A DNA stretch of 64,000 nucleotides. Source: Vicugna vicugna (taxonomy: Eukaryota). The notes beneath the pieces are model-generated. The model had not been told where the DNA came from. It saw only the letters and a list, made by a program, of their open reading frames with translations, and did no database searches. Every line of letters begins with the position of its first letter. Position 1 is the first letter of the stretch. Of this stretch, positions 1-14,199 are shown piece after piece. Where the stretch lies: positions 124,001 to 188,000 of the forward strand of contig MU057786.1 of assembly GCA_013265495.1 (NCBI GenBank). Direction: 5' to 3'. A program made the position numbers and the translations under genes.

Positions 1-862
1 ACTACAGTGAGGTATCACCTCACACCAGTCAGAATGGCCATCGTTCAAAAGTCCACACACAATAAATATTGGAGAAGGTGTGGAGAAAAGGGAACCCTCT
101 TACATTGCTGGTAGGAATGTAGTTTAGTATAGCCATTATGGAAAACAGTATGGAGATTCCTCAAAAAACTAAAAATCGACTTATCATATGATCCAGCAAT
201 CTCACTCCTGGGCATATATCCAGAGGGAACTTTAATTCAAAAAGACAAATGCACCTCAGTGTTCATAGGAGCATTATTTATAAGAGCCAAGATATGGAAA
301 CAACCTAAATGTCCACCAACAGATGACTGGATAAAGAAGGTGTGGTATATTTATACAATGGAATACTACTCAGCCATAAAAAATAACAAAATAATGACAT
401 TTGCAGCAACATGGATGAAACTGGAGATTGTCATTCTAAGTGAAGTAAGCCAGAAAGAGAAAGAAAAATACCATATGCTATCACTCATATGTGGAATCTA
501 AAAAAAAAAAAAGACAAACTTATTTACAAAAGAGAAACAGACTCACAGACATAGAAAACAAACTTATGTTTGCCATGGGGGAAAGGGGTAGGAAGGGATA
601 AATTGGGAATTCAAGATTTGCAGATACTAACTTACACATATAAAATAGATAAACAACAAGTTTCTTCTGTATAGCACAGGGAACCATATTCAATATCTTG
701 TACTAACCTATGGTGAAGAATATGAGAACGAATGTATGTAAGTTCCTATATGACTGAAGCATTGTGCTGTACACCAGAAATTGACACAACATTGTAAACT
801 GACTATACTTTATCTATAAAAATATATTAAAGCAAAAAGAAAGAATGAAAGAAAGAAAGAAA
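1..862 (+). mobile_element. LINE-1 3' end (ORF2 C-terminus, 3' UTR, A-rich tail); truncated by window edge
   Basis: ORF 259-501 matches the L1 ORF2 C-terminus (WKQPKCP..WIKKVWYIYTMEYYSAIK..FAATWMKLE.VILSE); GAAA/A-rich tail at about 830-862. Confidence 0.92.
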
Positions 863-899
863 ACTGGAGGCTACACACACTGCTAAAACTCAATAAAAG

Positions 900-1430
900 A
901 AAAGAAAAGAAAAATCAGTATTGGTAACTTATCACATTAATAAAGAGGAAAAATGCATGGAATTTTCTCAGTGGATGCATAAAAAGAATTTAATTCAAAT
1001 AATATTCAAAGATAAATATTCAAAATAAATGGAAAGACTAGCTGAAAAGAAATGCCTTATTTGAAGATTCAATGTTAACAATTCAGAAATATTCAAAGAA
1101 AAAAGATCTTTTAAAAAAGTAGAAATAGAAGGGAACTTCCTTGAAACAATTATTGAAGGTATTTAGTAAAAACTTACAGAAATTTACCTTAACAGTAAAA
1201 TCCTAGAATTATTTTCTTGAAATTCAGCATCAAAATAAGAATTGCCAATGTCAGTATTTCTGTTTGATATTATTTAGAGGTCTCAGTGTGATAAGACAAA
1301 GAATGACAGACAAAAGTTTGAAAATTAAGCCTGAAACCACATGCAGATAAGACTGTCTAATACAAAATCCAAATAAATCCATAGAGAATTTGTTAGAAAC
1401 AAAAAGAAAATAGTTTAGCTATATAGTAGA
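900..1430 (+). mobile_element. old, degraded L1 ORF2 fragment
   Basis: A-rich sequence with degenerate L1 ORF2 motifs (gaatagaagggaacttcc, gcagataagactgtct..aaaatcca); boundaries approximate. Confidence 0.5.
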
Positions 1431-3079
1431 TAAAAAAAAACAAAAAAAAGCAAAAACCCAAACAGCCAACAGAAGAGTTCAAACTAACCATCTTGCTGAA
1501 AACAATTAAAATGCTGGCAGGAAAAAATTCTTTTTCTTAAACCTTTTAAGAAAGCATTGAAGAATTAACAGGCTAATGAAACATCACTTGACCTAATAGA
1601 GAGAGAAGATGGAAGAACAGAGCACTCACAATCACTTTTGCCCTCAAGGATTTGCTCATCCACAAGTAATAACAGTGAAATTAAGGCAAAAAGTATTATG
1701 CGTCATAAGCATTACATTTAGGGCAAATCTCTGAAATACCATACATCTGTGGAAAGAAAGAGATCATTCTTGTACTGACAAGATCTCAAAGTCATACTGT
1801 TTGGGGGAAATTCAAATTGCACAGTCATACATACAGTGCATCATAATCCATTAAAGTATACAGTCACATAATATCTGCATATGCTTCTGAGTGCACAGAC
1901 AGAACAATCCTGGAAGGCTATTTATCAAACTGATAAAGATGATTATTTCTGCAGGAAGATGAGATGAGGGGAAATGTGTTTTAACAGGTTTTGTTTAATT
2001 GGTATTGATTTGAGTTTCTTTTAAATAAGAATATATTTATTCATTTCGTATGTATTCAGAAGAAATGTGAAAGGCCAGAAAAATCAAATGAACAGACATA
2101 AAGCTGCCATTGCTACTTAACAGCTGTCTGCAGAGGGTGGTAAATATTGGGCCTATATGATCTGGTTACATTCAAGAGCATCCCAGCAAACCACCCTCAA
2201 CTTAGTTAAAATAGTTCTAATAGCTCAGTGGCAACTTGACCTTTCTGGGGGCAGATTATCATTATTTACTGCCAGAGGCAGGCAGTAAATATAATAAATG
2301 TGTTATATACAACTAAGAGTTCTTAAGAGGTTAACAGGTATTGTGTATTTCAACCAGCATCATATGAATAGATTAATGCAAAAATTGGGAATGATTCTTA
2401 GACTTTTTCCTGAATCTCCTGATCCTCTAAAATCTAAAATGTCTCGATCCCTGAAAGAAAGCAAATAGAGTCAAAGCAAAAAGAGAATAGAGCCAGTTTA
2501 CAAAGAGTTTAAGGTATTTAAAGCGTTTTAAAACATCAAGAGCTGGGGTTGTAACTCAAAACAACTCTGTGCGATGATGTGAAGAAAATGTGACCACTGT
2601 TTGCTGACAAGACCAAGACTCTAGGAGGAAAAGCAGGCGTGTGAGCAGCAGGAACCGGACCCTTCGATGAAGAGCCAAGCTGAGGAAGACGCCAGGAAAT
2701 GGTCGTACTTTACAAACTGTCCCTTTAGCTTTCAAGTAATACCACCTGATGGCTGGCTGAAATCTTACAATCCTCTTAGAATATACAACAGCAGAATTTT
2801 CACTGGGGCGGCTTTTCTCACAACCACCACAAGGAGTTTCTGGCAGACAAGACTTGAGTCAGGCTCTGAAATGGTGATGAACTGAAACAAAGTTTGTACC
2901 TGCTGGTAAAACTGAGCTTTTTACTCCCCTAGTTACAAAACCGTAGAAGTCCAAACGTTGCATGGTGATCGGGGGAGGATGAGTGCAAAATGAAATTAAC
3001 ATGGGCATGAATCGTAAGGTTTGTGAAACTTGGATTTCATTTGGAGTTTTTCTGTGACTTAGCACACGGGTCCAACATG

Positions 3080-3250
3080 CTGCTAGGTGATTTCACATCT
3101 CTTCTCTGATATAATCTCTCCAACCTCCTGGAAGGGTGAGTGGTATCTGTATTTCATTGAGAAATACATTGAGACTTTAGGTCAGATTGGTTACCTGAGG
3201 CCCCATAAGGGGCAGAATCTGGATTTAAACCCAGATCTGCCTGATTCCAA
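3080..3250 (-). mobile_element. MIR SINE fragment
   Basis: gcagaatctggatttaaacccagatctgcctgattccaaa resembles the reverse complement of the MIR core. Confidence 0.5.
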
Positions 3251-3574
3251 ACGTAAGCAGGGGTCGCAGCACTCACGCTGTCCTCCCTGGGGTGACCTCT
3301 CATTGTATCCCTGCATCCGTTAAAGGTCTCTACCTCTTTCTGTTTCATGAGTTTCCCCATCCAGACTGAGTTTGTTGAGGGCAGGAAGCAGGACTTACTT
3401 GTGTTTGAATGTTCAGTGTCCTAATGAAACTGGCTTAAATTAACTTTATTTTTATCTCAATGAATTTCTAAAATAAATTCTAATTTCTTACAGCAAAGAA
3501 GAAACCATTTAAATTTCTCTCTTCTAAGCTTTAGGACTCCAGGAGGGACATAGGTAAGAAAACATTAGACTGAA

Positions 3575-4415
3575 CATCAAAACTACAATGAGGTATCACC
3601 TCATACCAGTCAGAATGGCCATCATTCAGAAGTCCACAAATGGTAAATGCTGGAGAGAGTATGGAAATAAAAGAACCCTCCTACACTGTTGGTGAGGATG
3701 TAATTCGGTGCAGCCACTGTGGAAAACAGTATGGAGATACCTCAAACAGTTGAAAATAGACTTACCATATAATCCAATAATCCCACTCCTGGGCATATAT
3801 CTGGAGGAGACTCTAATTTGAAAAGATAAGTGCACCCCAATGTTCATAATGGAAATATTTACAACAGCCAAAACATGGAAACAACCTAAATGTCCATCAA
3901 CAGATGACTGGATAAAGAAGTTGTGATATACATATACAATAGAACACTACTCAGCCATAAAAAAGAATGAAATAATGCCACTGCAGCAACATGGATGGAC
4001 TTGCAGATCGTCTTACTAAATGAAATAAGCCAGAAAGAGAAAGAAAAATACCATATGATACTTACATGTGGAATCTAAAAAAATGACACAAATGAACTTA
4101 TTTACAAAACAGAGACAGACTCACAGACATAGAAAACAAACTTTTGCTTACAGTGGTGGGGAAAGGGGTGGGAAGGGATAAATTAGGAGTTCGGGATTGG
4201 TAGATACAAACTACTATATATAAAATAGATAAATAACAAGGTCCTACTGTAGAGCACAGGGAACTATATTCAATACCTTGTAATGGCCTATAATGAAAAA
4301 GAATATGACAAGGTATATATATATATATACTGTTGTATATGTATATGAATCACTATGCTGTCCATCGAAATTAACACAACACTGTAAACTGACTAATTCA
4401 ATTAGAAAAAAAGAC
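3575..4415 (+). mobile_element. 5'-truncated LINE-1 3' end, same subfamily as the copy at 1-862
   Basis: Colinear with 1-810 (actacaatgaggtatcacctc...ctgtaaactgacta) and ends in an A tail. Confidence 0.92.
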
Positions 4416-5683
4416 TAGAAAAAACTAGGTTGATATGATAGCTCACTAGTTTGAATGTGCTGAGAAGCAATTTACATGTCAGTTGGCAGTTTGGGATCAA
4501 TTAGAGACATGTACTTAGAAAATGAAGCAAAGTATTGACTTAGAGGTTAACCAAATGTTGCACAAGAAAAAAATGTAATCGAAGGTTATTATATGTAGCT
4601 CAATATTTACACAATTGTTGTAATATTACACAATATTGGTGAAATATTGATTTCAGCACGTGTGATATGGGTATGTTGGAAGGATAAGTAGGGGCAGGGG
4701 GCCATAGGAGAGGGAATCCTAGTCTCCCAGGGCCGCCGGTTGATGGAAAAATCAAGAAATAACAGTATAAGCATATTGTTTAGAAATCAGGAGGGAACAG
4801 ACAGAAGCAGCAGCTGAAAGACGGGGGAGTGGGGGCTTCTGGGTAACAGGGATGCGGTACCTTGCAGGAGGGCCAAGGGAACTGCTGTAGCTCACTGTAA
4901 CCTTTTTCACTGTAGCACTTTTGACTTTTTAAAGTACATACATATACTACTTTGATAAGATAACAAATTATAAAGTGAGTGGTAGCTGGGACTGTCTTCA
5001 GGGGGGAACCCACATCCTGAGTTGAACCTTTAGACCATGGAACAGTTTCTGAAGTACTTGAGCATGAATTCCTGCATGAGTAACCAAGTAGAGCATCAAA
5101 GAATTTTTAGTGACTAAACTAAAAAAATAAAAATAAATGCTCTTGGTTTCAGGAGTCTCGTTGTCAGGACTCCAGCTCTACAGCACATCGTGGAAAAGAA
5201 AACAGTGCAGATCACGCAGTGCTTAAGCACGTACCGCGACTCCAGTGTTTCCTGCTGCTGTCACGCAAGGGGAAAACGTAAGCCCAGTTTTCCTAAAAAT
5301 AACTCACCTGTACTGAACATTCACTGTATCTATGCCAGGCCCTGGATATACCACTTCCTGCCTTTAACCTTTGGATCACTGAACAGTTTCTGAAATGCTA
5401 AGCATGAATTACTGCACCACCTACCATGGCCGGCCAGAAATAGTTCGATGGACTAATATTAAATACACCATTTATTTTTAGGGTTTTAGGAGTAAGTGAC
5501 ATAGCAGAATCACATATAAGAGAAACCAAAATGCAGTGCATCTTTTTCAAGCACCTGTTACTTTTTCAACGACTACCTCATTTTGCTGCTCCAACCTACA
5601 ATCACATTTTGAGGGATGTTTTAATATAAACTGCTGATGTACACTGAGCCCCTAGGATATGCCTGGCACAGGCTTCAATTTTT

Positions 5684-5821
5684 TTTTTAATGCTAACTTT
5701 TTTTTTTAGTGGGTTTTTTTTTTTGGAGCAGGGGAAGGTAATTAGGTTTATTTATTAATTTTTTTAATGGAGGTTCTGGGGATCAAAGCATCCGCTTTGC
5801 TACTTGAGTTACACCCTCCCG
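5684..5821 (-). mobile_element. tRNA-derived SINE (camelid vic-1-like), internally deleted
   Basis: Reverse strand reads gggagggtgtaactcaagtagcaaagcg..gatccccagaacctccattaaaaaa..aaacctaattaccttcccc plus A tail; flanking direct repeat cttcaattttt at 5673-5683 and 5827-5837. Confidence 0.8.
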
Positions 5822-7369
5822 CTAGCCTTCAATTTTTAGATACTTCCAGAAGAGCTGATGTTCCAGTTCTGGAGTTCCAGGTCTACGCCGGGAGAGCTCA
5901 TAAATTGTGGACAAGCTAAATTTTAACTAATTTTCAAGGCACTATGAAAGTAAAAAAAAATAATGGAGGTTTACTTTGGGCCTTGCCTGGCAGTTATGAG
6001 TTATTTATGAATGTGGTATATAGATTTTTTTTATGCATCAAAATAATGCAATGACATTTTAAGTAAATCTTCTACAAAGTGCAATGATTTGCCAGTGATG
6101 AACACGCAGGGGGTGAGCCACAGATGTGTACAGCCTTGTGCAGTAGAATAATGAACAACTCCTTTGGAAGAGGCAGTGCCGAGTGGGGACAGCCTACCAG
6201 TGCCTGGTTCCATGACAGCTGATAAAGTGGTTGGACACGGACAGCTGTCTGCAGGGCTGGGCTGCTTCAGTTGTCCCAGCGGAAGCCAACATCTATTGCA
6301 TATCTACAAGGTGCTTTGGAAGGGGCTAGGTCTGGTGCTAGGGGTTTTCTGTGCACTGCCTCATTAATTGTCACACTGGCAGGAACTGCGGCCTGGAGGA
6401 GGCCGGGATCACAGTTAGCAGCTAAGGGCTAACTCAGTGCTGAAACCCAATTCTCCAGGCCTGTCCTTTACTGGTGATGCTCCCTGTGTCTGCAACTCTG
6501 AAGGGCAGCAGTATCCTCCCTGAGTTCCATGGGTGTTTCCTGAAATAATCTGCTGGGTGAGAAGGCTGACTGATGTATTTTATCTGTGCAGACTTTGACA
6601 TTTATTTCTGTTTTGCTCCATGTGCATTTTTACTGACACTTTGGCTTTTTGAGGATGTAGCCTGAATGAGAAATCCAGGAAGAAGCTAGGCCTAGTGGGG
6701 AACACTGTCAAGAGAGGGGGCCGACTTAATTATCCAATCATGGGTTTATCCAAAATAAAGTTTCCTTTTGTAAGGGAGAGAAAATTAAAAAAAAAATCTT
6801 AGACTAGAATTAGTCTTTTAATTGTAGCATGGATAATACTTCTTGTGTGTTTCCTTAGCAGGGTTTTTTAGACACATAGAGGACACCTGATGCTGGTGCA
6901 AAGCTCAAGGCCCTAGTGTAGCATGTTTTTAATGTTTGTTTCAGGGACTGTGGAAGCCATTATCAGAAAGTTTCACAAGAGCTCAGTGGGAAAGGATATG
7001 ATGTGTTAAAGTAATGCGTAAAGAGCAGGCATTGTTAAGAAGAGGGAAGCCCTAGTTGAGCTGCCCCATATGATACCATGTGGAGGAGAAGCCATGCCCA
7101 CTGAGCATCACTCAAATACCTGAACAGCTGACAAGAGGACTGTTGTTTTAAGCTACTAATTGTTAGTGTACTTTGTTACACAGCCATAGCTGACTGAGAC
7201 AGACCCTTATTAGGAAGATCTTAAGTGGGAAAGATTCACAGGCCGAGGTTGAATCTAGGTAAGCTAAATTCATGAGACATAAAAGGTCCACAGAGAAAAG
7301 GGTGCTAGAATTCTTACACAGGGCATGCTGAGAAAGAGAAACCTGGTTGAGAGGGGACACTGAAAGTTT

Positions 7370-9490
7370 TTTTTCTTTTTTAATGGTATAACCTATATAT
7401 AGCAGAACACACAAATCTTAATTATACAATGCTATAAAACATGCATATGTATACACCATATAACCACCATTCAGTTCAAGATCTAGAACATTTCCATCAT
7501 CCCAGAGGTTTCCTCGTGCATTTTCCTAGGTACCACAGGGTAACCACTATTCTGACTTCTATCATCGTAGATTAACCTGCTCTTGAACTTCATGTCTATG
7601 GAAATACACAACATGTGTGTGACTCCTTCTGCTCAACAAAATGTTGATGACTCATCTCTGTTATATCAATAATTTGTTTTTATTCTATAAATACACCAAG
7701 ATTTATATACTGTGTTGATGGACATGTAGGTCATTTCTAGTTTTGGGGCTATTATGAATAAGGCTGACATGAACTTTCTCATCCATGTCTTTCATGGATA
7801 TATGCATTCAATTTTTTTGGGTAAATACCAAGAAGTGAAATTGCTGAATCATAGGGTTAGGTGTATGTTTAACTTCAGTAGATAATGTTCAACAGTTTTC
7901 TGAAGGGGGTAACAATGATTTATTCTCCCTCTGAAAATGAAGGATGCTCTGTATCCTTGTCAGCACATAATATTGTCAGACTTTTAGATTTTAGCTGGCC
8001 TGTCTGGTATGCAGGAGTATCTCACTGAGGTTTTAATTTGCATTTCCTCCTTGAATGAAGAGGTTGAGCACTTTTTCAAGTGCTCATAGGCCATTTGAAT
8101 GCCTCTTTATGAAATGCCTGTTCAAGTCTTTTGCTCATTTTCTAACTGAGTTATCTGTCCTTTTCTTTTTGATACGTAGGTGTTCTTTGGGCAGATAAAT
8201 GTGTTGTGAATCTATTCTCCCAGTCACTGGCTTGTCTATTCATGACTTCTTTTGCTTAACATAAATATGGATTTTTAATTAACCAGGACTTAACTTTTTA
8301 AAACTATGGTGTATATATAAGTTATAATAATAATAAAACAAATGTCTACATACCCACCCCAAACTTCAGATCTAGAACGTGACTTCAACATTAGAGTAGC
8401 TTTCCTTCAAGCCAACTATTCCGTCCCTGCTACTCCTGCAGAGATGGCTCCTGCCTTGAATTTTGTGTGTATCATTTGCATGCTTTTTAAAAATAGCGTT
8501 ACCAAACATGGATGTATCTCAAAACAACATGTAGCTCAACTTGCTTGTTTTTGAGATTTACAAAGTGTGTTGTTTCCTGAGGCTTTCTTTTTTCCCCCAC
8601 TACTTCATGTTTTCCAAGATTCATCTTTATTTCTGCATGTCACTGTAAGTCATCCATTTTCACAGCTTGAAAACATTCCATTATGTGATTTTATCACAAC
8701 TTATTTAGGCATTGAGGTCAACAACAGAAATATACATTTTCCTCAGTTTTTTTTTTAATTTCAAGAATGCTGTTATGATCCAGCTCACAAATACCTTCAC
8801 ATGCACCTGTGCAAGAGTTTCTCTAGGGTTTATACCTAGGAGTGGAATACACAGTTCATGGGATACACACATGTTCAGTTTTACAAAATACTGTCAAGTT
8901 ATTTGACAAAGTGGTTGAACCAATTTATACCCCAACCTGCAGTTAAAGGTGCTCTCATTGCCCCGTATTCCCTCCAACACTTCAAACTATCAGATTTAAA
9001 TTTTTTTTCCTAATTTGGTGGGTATAACATGACATCTCATTGCTATCATCTATTTTTCTCATTACCAATGAGCTGGAACCTATTTATGGACCACTGGTCT
9101 TTTGTCCATTTTTCTATTGATTTATCTTTTCCTTATTGATTGTTTTAGTTATTCTAAATAGTATTCTCAATACTATTCCTTTGTTCATTAGGTATGTTGT
9201 GATTACCTTCTGGTTTGTGGCTTGATTTTTCACTTTCTTTATAGTATCTTTTATCAAACAGAAGATCTTCATTTTACTGTAGCAAGTATTAATCGTTTCT
9301 TTCATGATTAGAATGAAATAAAATTGTTGAATAGACCATTCTCTACCCAAGTTGATAAAGACATTCATCTGTATTATCTTCTGAAAGTATTAAATTTTGC
9401 TTTCACATTTGAGCATTCAAATTGGAATTGAATGTTTGCGTTACAAATATCAATTTCATTTTTTCCATATGAATGAACAATTGTCTAGCT
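7370..9490 (-). mobile_element. cluster of old L1M 3' fragments
   Basis: T-rich sequence with L1 antisense motifs (ttgatggacat..ggtcatttctagttttgggctattatgaataa; ttttaatttgcatttc; atacctaggagtggaat). Confidence 0.75.
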
Positions 9491-9519
9491 GGATTTTCTG
9501 TTCCTTTTCTGTTGGTCTT

Positions 9520-9986
9520 TGTAGAAGGCTGAATAATGGTTCCCCAAAGAGGTCCACTTCCTAATCCTTGGAACCTGAGAATGTGTTACCTCTTATGGCA
9601 AAAGGGAATTTGCGTTATGACTAAATTAAGGGTCATGAGAATGGGAGATTATCCTGGATTATGTGGGTGAGCCCAGTGTAATCAGAAGGGTCTTCATAAG
9701 AGGGAGAAGTAGACTTAAAGAAATACAAGGACAGAAGCAGGGTCAGAGATTGGAGTGATGCAATCACTTGACAGAAGAAGGGGTCAGGAGCTAAGGAAGT
9801 TAGGCAGCTTTTAGAAATTGGCAAAGGCAAAACAACGCATCCTTCTCTAGCGCCTCTGAAAGAAATGAAGCCCCATGGACGCATTTTAGAAGTCTGAGCT
9901 CCAGAACTGTATGATAACCAATTTGTGTTACTTTAAGCCACTAAGCTTGTGGCAATTTGTTGCAGTAGCCACTGGAAATTAATATA
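9520..9986 (+). mobile_element. MaLR LTR (MLT1D-like)
   Basis: tgt..ggctgaataatggttccccaaaga..ctaatccttggaacctg..aagccactaagcttgtggcaatttgttgcagtagcc..aattaata. Confidence 0.8.
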
Positions 9987-10019
9987 GCCTTCATCATCAC
10001 CGTTGTCTTATGTCACGGT

Positions 10020-10500
10020 TTCATATTCTTCTGAGGCTGTTTCTGGGCACTCCTGTATTTATTTGGGCCTTTTATGTCCTATAAGAAGCTTCACATTTTT
10101 TTCCAAACTGGTATTGTACATTTTTTATAAGATTTTTTCCCATAGATTAGTTTGTGGCTTCTTTGTTTCCAACAGAAATAGCATTATTTTTAAGATTTTA
10201 TTTTCTAACTGATGTTGGGGTATAAAACTGTGGTTGATTTTTATATAAGCTTTTATTAACATAACAGTTTGTCTATAGATTTCTTTGGTTTCTATTAGAT
10301 AATATCACCTATGTAATGATAATTTTGTTTCTGCCTTTCCATTTATATTTTATACATTTTCTTTTTCTTCTCTTACTATGCTGGCTAGGATCACCAACAT
10401 AATGTGGAATAGAGGTGGTGATTGTGGTCATCCTTTGTATATTTTTAGTTTTGAAGGAATTTTAACATTTCCCCATTGACAATAATGTCGAGTGTAGATT
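10020..10500 (-). mobile_element. old L1 ORF2 fragment
   Basis: Antisense L1 motifs (ctggctaggatcacc..aatgtggaatagaggtggtga..ggtcatcct); ends abruptly near 10500. Confidence 0.6.
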
Positions 10501-10610
10501 TTAAAAAAATTATAACCTGGTGTTGACCTTCAGAAAATATTCACCTTCCTGCTTTCCTTTCAGTGAAATGCAGCAACGTTTTTCAGTGAGAACAGATTGA
10601 TCCTACTATT

Positions 10611-10802
10611 ATACACCATATACAAAATAGAAAAACAACAGGTTTATACTGTATAGCACAGGGAACTATACTCAATATCTTTCAGTAATTTTTAATGAAA
10701 ACGAATATACGTATGTACATGTATGACTGAAACATTATGCTGTACACCGGAAGTTGACGCAACATTATACACTGACTGTCTTTCAGTTTCAAAAAAAGAG
10801 AA
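10611..10802 (+). mobile_element. short L1 3' tail insertion with diverged TSD
   Basis: tgtatagcacagggaactata..ctgtacaccggaagttgac..A tail; flanks gaacagattgatcctactatt and gactggattgaccctgttatt. Confidence 0.8.
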
Positions 10803-13800
10803 AAGACTGGATTGACCCTGTTATTGCCTCCAATTGCTTCCCTGCGGCATTTCTGCCAGACACGTCATTCAACTTCTGACCTAATCTGCTTTGCCAAAGC
10901 TCAGGGAGGGGCAGCCCTGGGTGACCTCACCCAATAGGAGACACATGACCCATTAAGCACGCGTGGCTCAATGCTGGCCAAGTATTTCACTGCAAAGCCC
11001 CCAAACTGTGTTCACAAGTGTGGAGCATGGGAACTTCTGAGTCACAGAGATGCAGGTCAGAACTGGTGCCATGGCAACCCTGGACCACTTGCAGGATGAA
11101 ATCACAGGGAACAGAAACCTGGAACCCACAGAGCGCAGGGTAGAGTCTCAGAAACAAGAGACGTGGACCATACACACGAAACAAGGAGCCTCCTCTGATC
11201 GTAATGCTTCCCAGATCAGAGCCTTGTTCCCATGAAGCCTGGCTCTTCGCCATTTCTGTCCTTACAGAAAACACCCCTGGCCCCACTACCAACAGCCTGA
11301 ATGGGCTTGATCACACGATTAAATAACCCTGACCTACACCTCTTCCATATCGGCCCCTGTGATGCAGCCTCCACAGCATGTCACGTTCTCTCCTGCTTTT
11401 CCATCTCCACCAGCTCCTTCAGGTCCTTCTCGTGTCCCACTAGGGCCCTTGTGCTGGTGCCAAGCCAGTCTCCAGGCTCGCCCTTAGGCAAACCATCTTT
11501 CCTCGCTTCCAGCCACATCCATCTGCAACCAAGTCCTGAAACTACCCCTGCCCAACTGGCCGCGGCTGCCCATCCCCTCTGGAGTCTAAGTGTCTCCCCT
11601 TGACCTTCAAGGACCCACACTGTTGGTTTTCATTGCCTCTCGAACATATGCCTCCTCTCAGCGACAAGTGGCCCAAGCTGGTCAGAACCGTGCTCGCCTT
11701 GGGTCTTGCTGTGCTCACACTCTGGTCCCCGGCAGCCCTCGTTCCCGTGTTTCACTCCACCCGCCCCGCCGTGCCCCGTAGGTCTTCTCAGGCCGCACAG
11801 AGTAAGGACCCTCCCAGGTCCCTGAGGGGTGGACACAAGGGAACTCAGGACACATCTCAGCGGTGGTGACCAGCCCTCAGGAGCATGTGTGCATGAGTCC
11901 CCTGCCAGCTGTCCTGTCATCCCCATGCCTCACGCACCCTCTGTCACGCCCCCTCCTATGGCTCCCCTGTGCCATCTCCTGCCCCCTCTGTTCTCACTTC
12001 AGGAGGCTCAGATGGGCACCCAGGCTCCTGGCCAGCCAGCGAAGCTGCCACTCACCAGGGAGAGTCTGTCTACACCCCTTTCCTTAGAAGGACCAGTGGG
12101 CGTTGACAGACGCCCACTGCTTTTAAACATAAATTACATCATATTTTATGTATCAACAAATCTCACTTTTGTTTACTATTGTTAATTTTGCTTTCTCTCC
12201 AAGGTAGTATTTTGAATATAGAGAGATGTACGTGGTCCAACATGTACAAGGTGGCAACAGATAAACAACGAAAAACCTTCGTCACTACTGTCATTTGACC
12301 AGGGCTTCTCCATCTAACACCCCTCCCTCACCATCCCTTACCCTGGGTAACTTTTTTTAAGGCACTCGTCACCAGCTGATATAAGTAGACGTGTCAGTTT
12401 CTGCCTCCTCCTCCATTGATTGGAGGCTGTAGGTGAAAAGGGACCGTCTCTTGCCAGGTGTCCCCAGCTCTTAGGGCACAATGCCCAGTCGGAGGCGGAT
12501 CTAAGAGTCTGGGGCTGGTGTGGTGCAGGGAGAGCTCTGGGAGGCCGCCAGAGGGACCAGCAGCGGCAGTCCATGGAGTGGAGCGATGTCCTTTGAGGAC
12601 GACAGAAGAGAGTTGAAGACAGAGGTCCAAGCGGAAGAAAGAGGGAAAAGAATGGGGTGCTGAAGGACTTCCAGTGTGGGTTGGGGAGAGACTGGAGCCC
12701 AGGGTCAGATCTCATTCTTTAGGGGCACTTCACTGCTCAGGGCCACTAGCGTGTCCTGCCCTCCCTTCGGTGTGCCCCTTCTGGAACCTCTTCTGAGGGC
12801 AGCTGAGCCGGGCTGACTCGCCCATCTGGCCTGAAGACCATCTCAGAGCTGTCAACAAGCAGTGAAGAGGGCAGGAGATTGCCCTTGGTGGACCCCTTGT
12901 CCAGGCTCCAGTCCCTGTGTGCATGTCTACACTGGCTAGATCACAGCAGAAACCGCATTGCTGACTCCAGGCACCTGGCTGTTCCCTTCTAACTTTTATG
13001 ACCCTGCGGTGGAATCGCAGACCCCGGGAGGGGCCCGCCACCCAAGGACTACCTGGAGAGGAGGTGGTGCTGGCAGGTGCTGAGGGCAGCCTTAGGCCCA
13101 GCGCCTATTCTGTCCTTGTCTGACCCCGTCTGGGGTCTCGCCAGCACCCGGGCGCCGGCAGCGCAGGGCCAGGGTTCATGGATGTCACTGCTTGTATAAG
13201 TAAGTGGGCGGAGTGACGCGTCCTGGCGTGGGCAACGCCGCCCCGGACTTCTGGCTGCCCTGCTCCTTCCCTTGGGGACCCTGGGCACCCAATCAAGCTC
13301 ACGGCCTCATGCTCCAGTGTCCAGAGAAGGAAAGGACGGTGGATCCGCTTCTCCTGCTCCCCACGGCCCCCAGGGGAGCCCATCAGCCCCAGTTCTGACC
13401 TCCTCTGTCCCCAGGCCGACAGCTCGGCCCTCCTCGATGGAGGGTGATGCCTGGGGGCGGCGGGGAGCCGTGGCTTCCAACCTTCCCGGGCCTGGAAGGA
13501 GGGTGGATGTGGGGGATCCTGGCGGGAGGCAAGGCTGGCTCCAAACCAGTGCAAACAGATCCGGAGCCCAAGCCAGGCTGGGATCTGACCAAGCGGGGCG
13601 CAGGGCAAGTCCGTGAGGTTGGTGACTGTACACGGAGGCCTGGAGAGAAACGGAGTGGGCCCAACGGAAGGAGCCACCGGGACAAGCAGAGCCTGGCAGC
13701 AACCAGCCTCACGGGGTGCGCCGCCTCCTCCCGGACCCTGATTGCAGGCCTCCGCCCTCCCACACTGGGCTGCAGGCCCGGCCGGTTCTCCGGGTGCTCG

Positions 13801-14199
13801 GGGCCCCGCGCACAGGCCTGACTCTCCGAATGCAGGGCTTGTGCCCGCCAGCCGTGGGGCTAGGACCCCGAAGCCCTCCTCGTCGTCTGCTCTCCAGTTC
13901 TGAGTTGGACGGGACAGGCCTCTGAGCTTCCCAGGGGTCCGATACAGGAACTGCAGCCCTTTCCTTGATCCCTGTGTGCCTGCAGCGCCCCCTGCAGTGA
14001 GTCTGCAGCAGGGCAGCCCGGCTCCGTTCCCACTTGAGCCTCAGCCAGAGCTCCCTGGGGCCTCCTTTCTCCTCCTTGACCGACTGCCTCCGCGGGCTGT
14101 AGCCTCTGGGGTTGGAGTTGGAATTCCTAGTTTGTATCAGATCCCCGATATATAGCAAATGACACAAAACAAACGTGAAGCTTAGTGAATTCTTACAAA

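Noticed and set aside
2400..3065. Unique-looking stretch with short ORFs (2667-2885, 2859-3065)
   Set aside because: No recognisable homology or convincing exon boundaries in any frame I read
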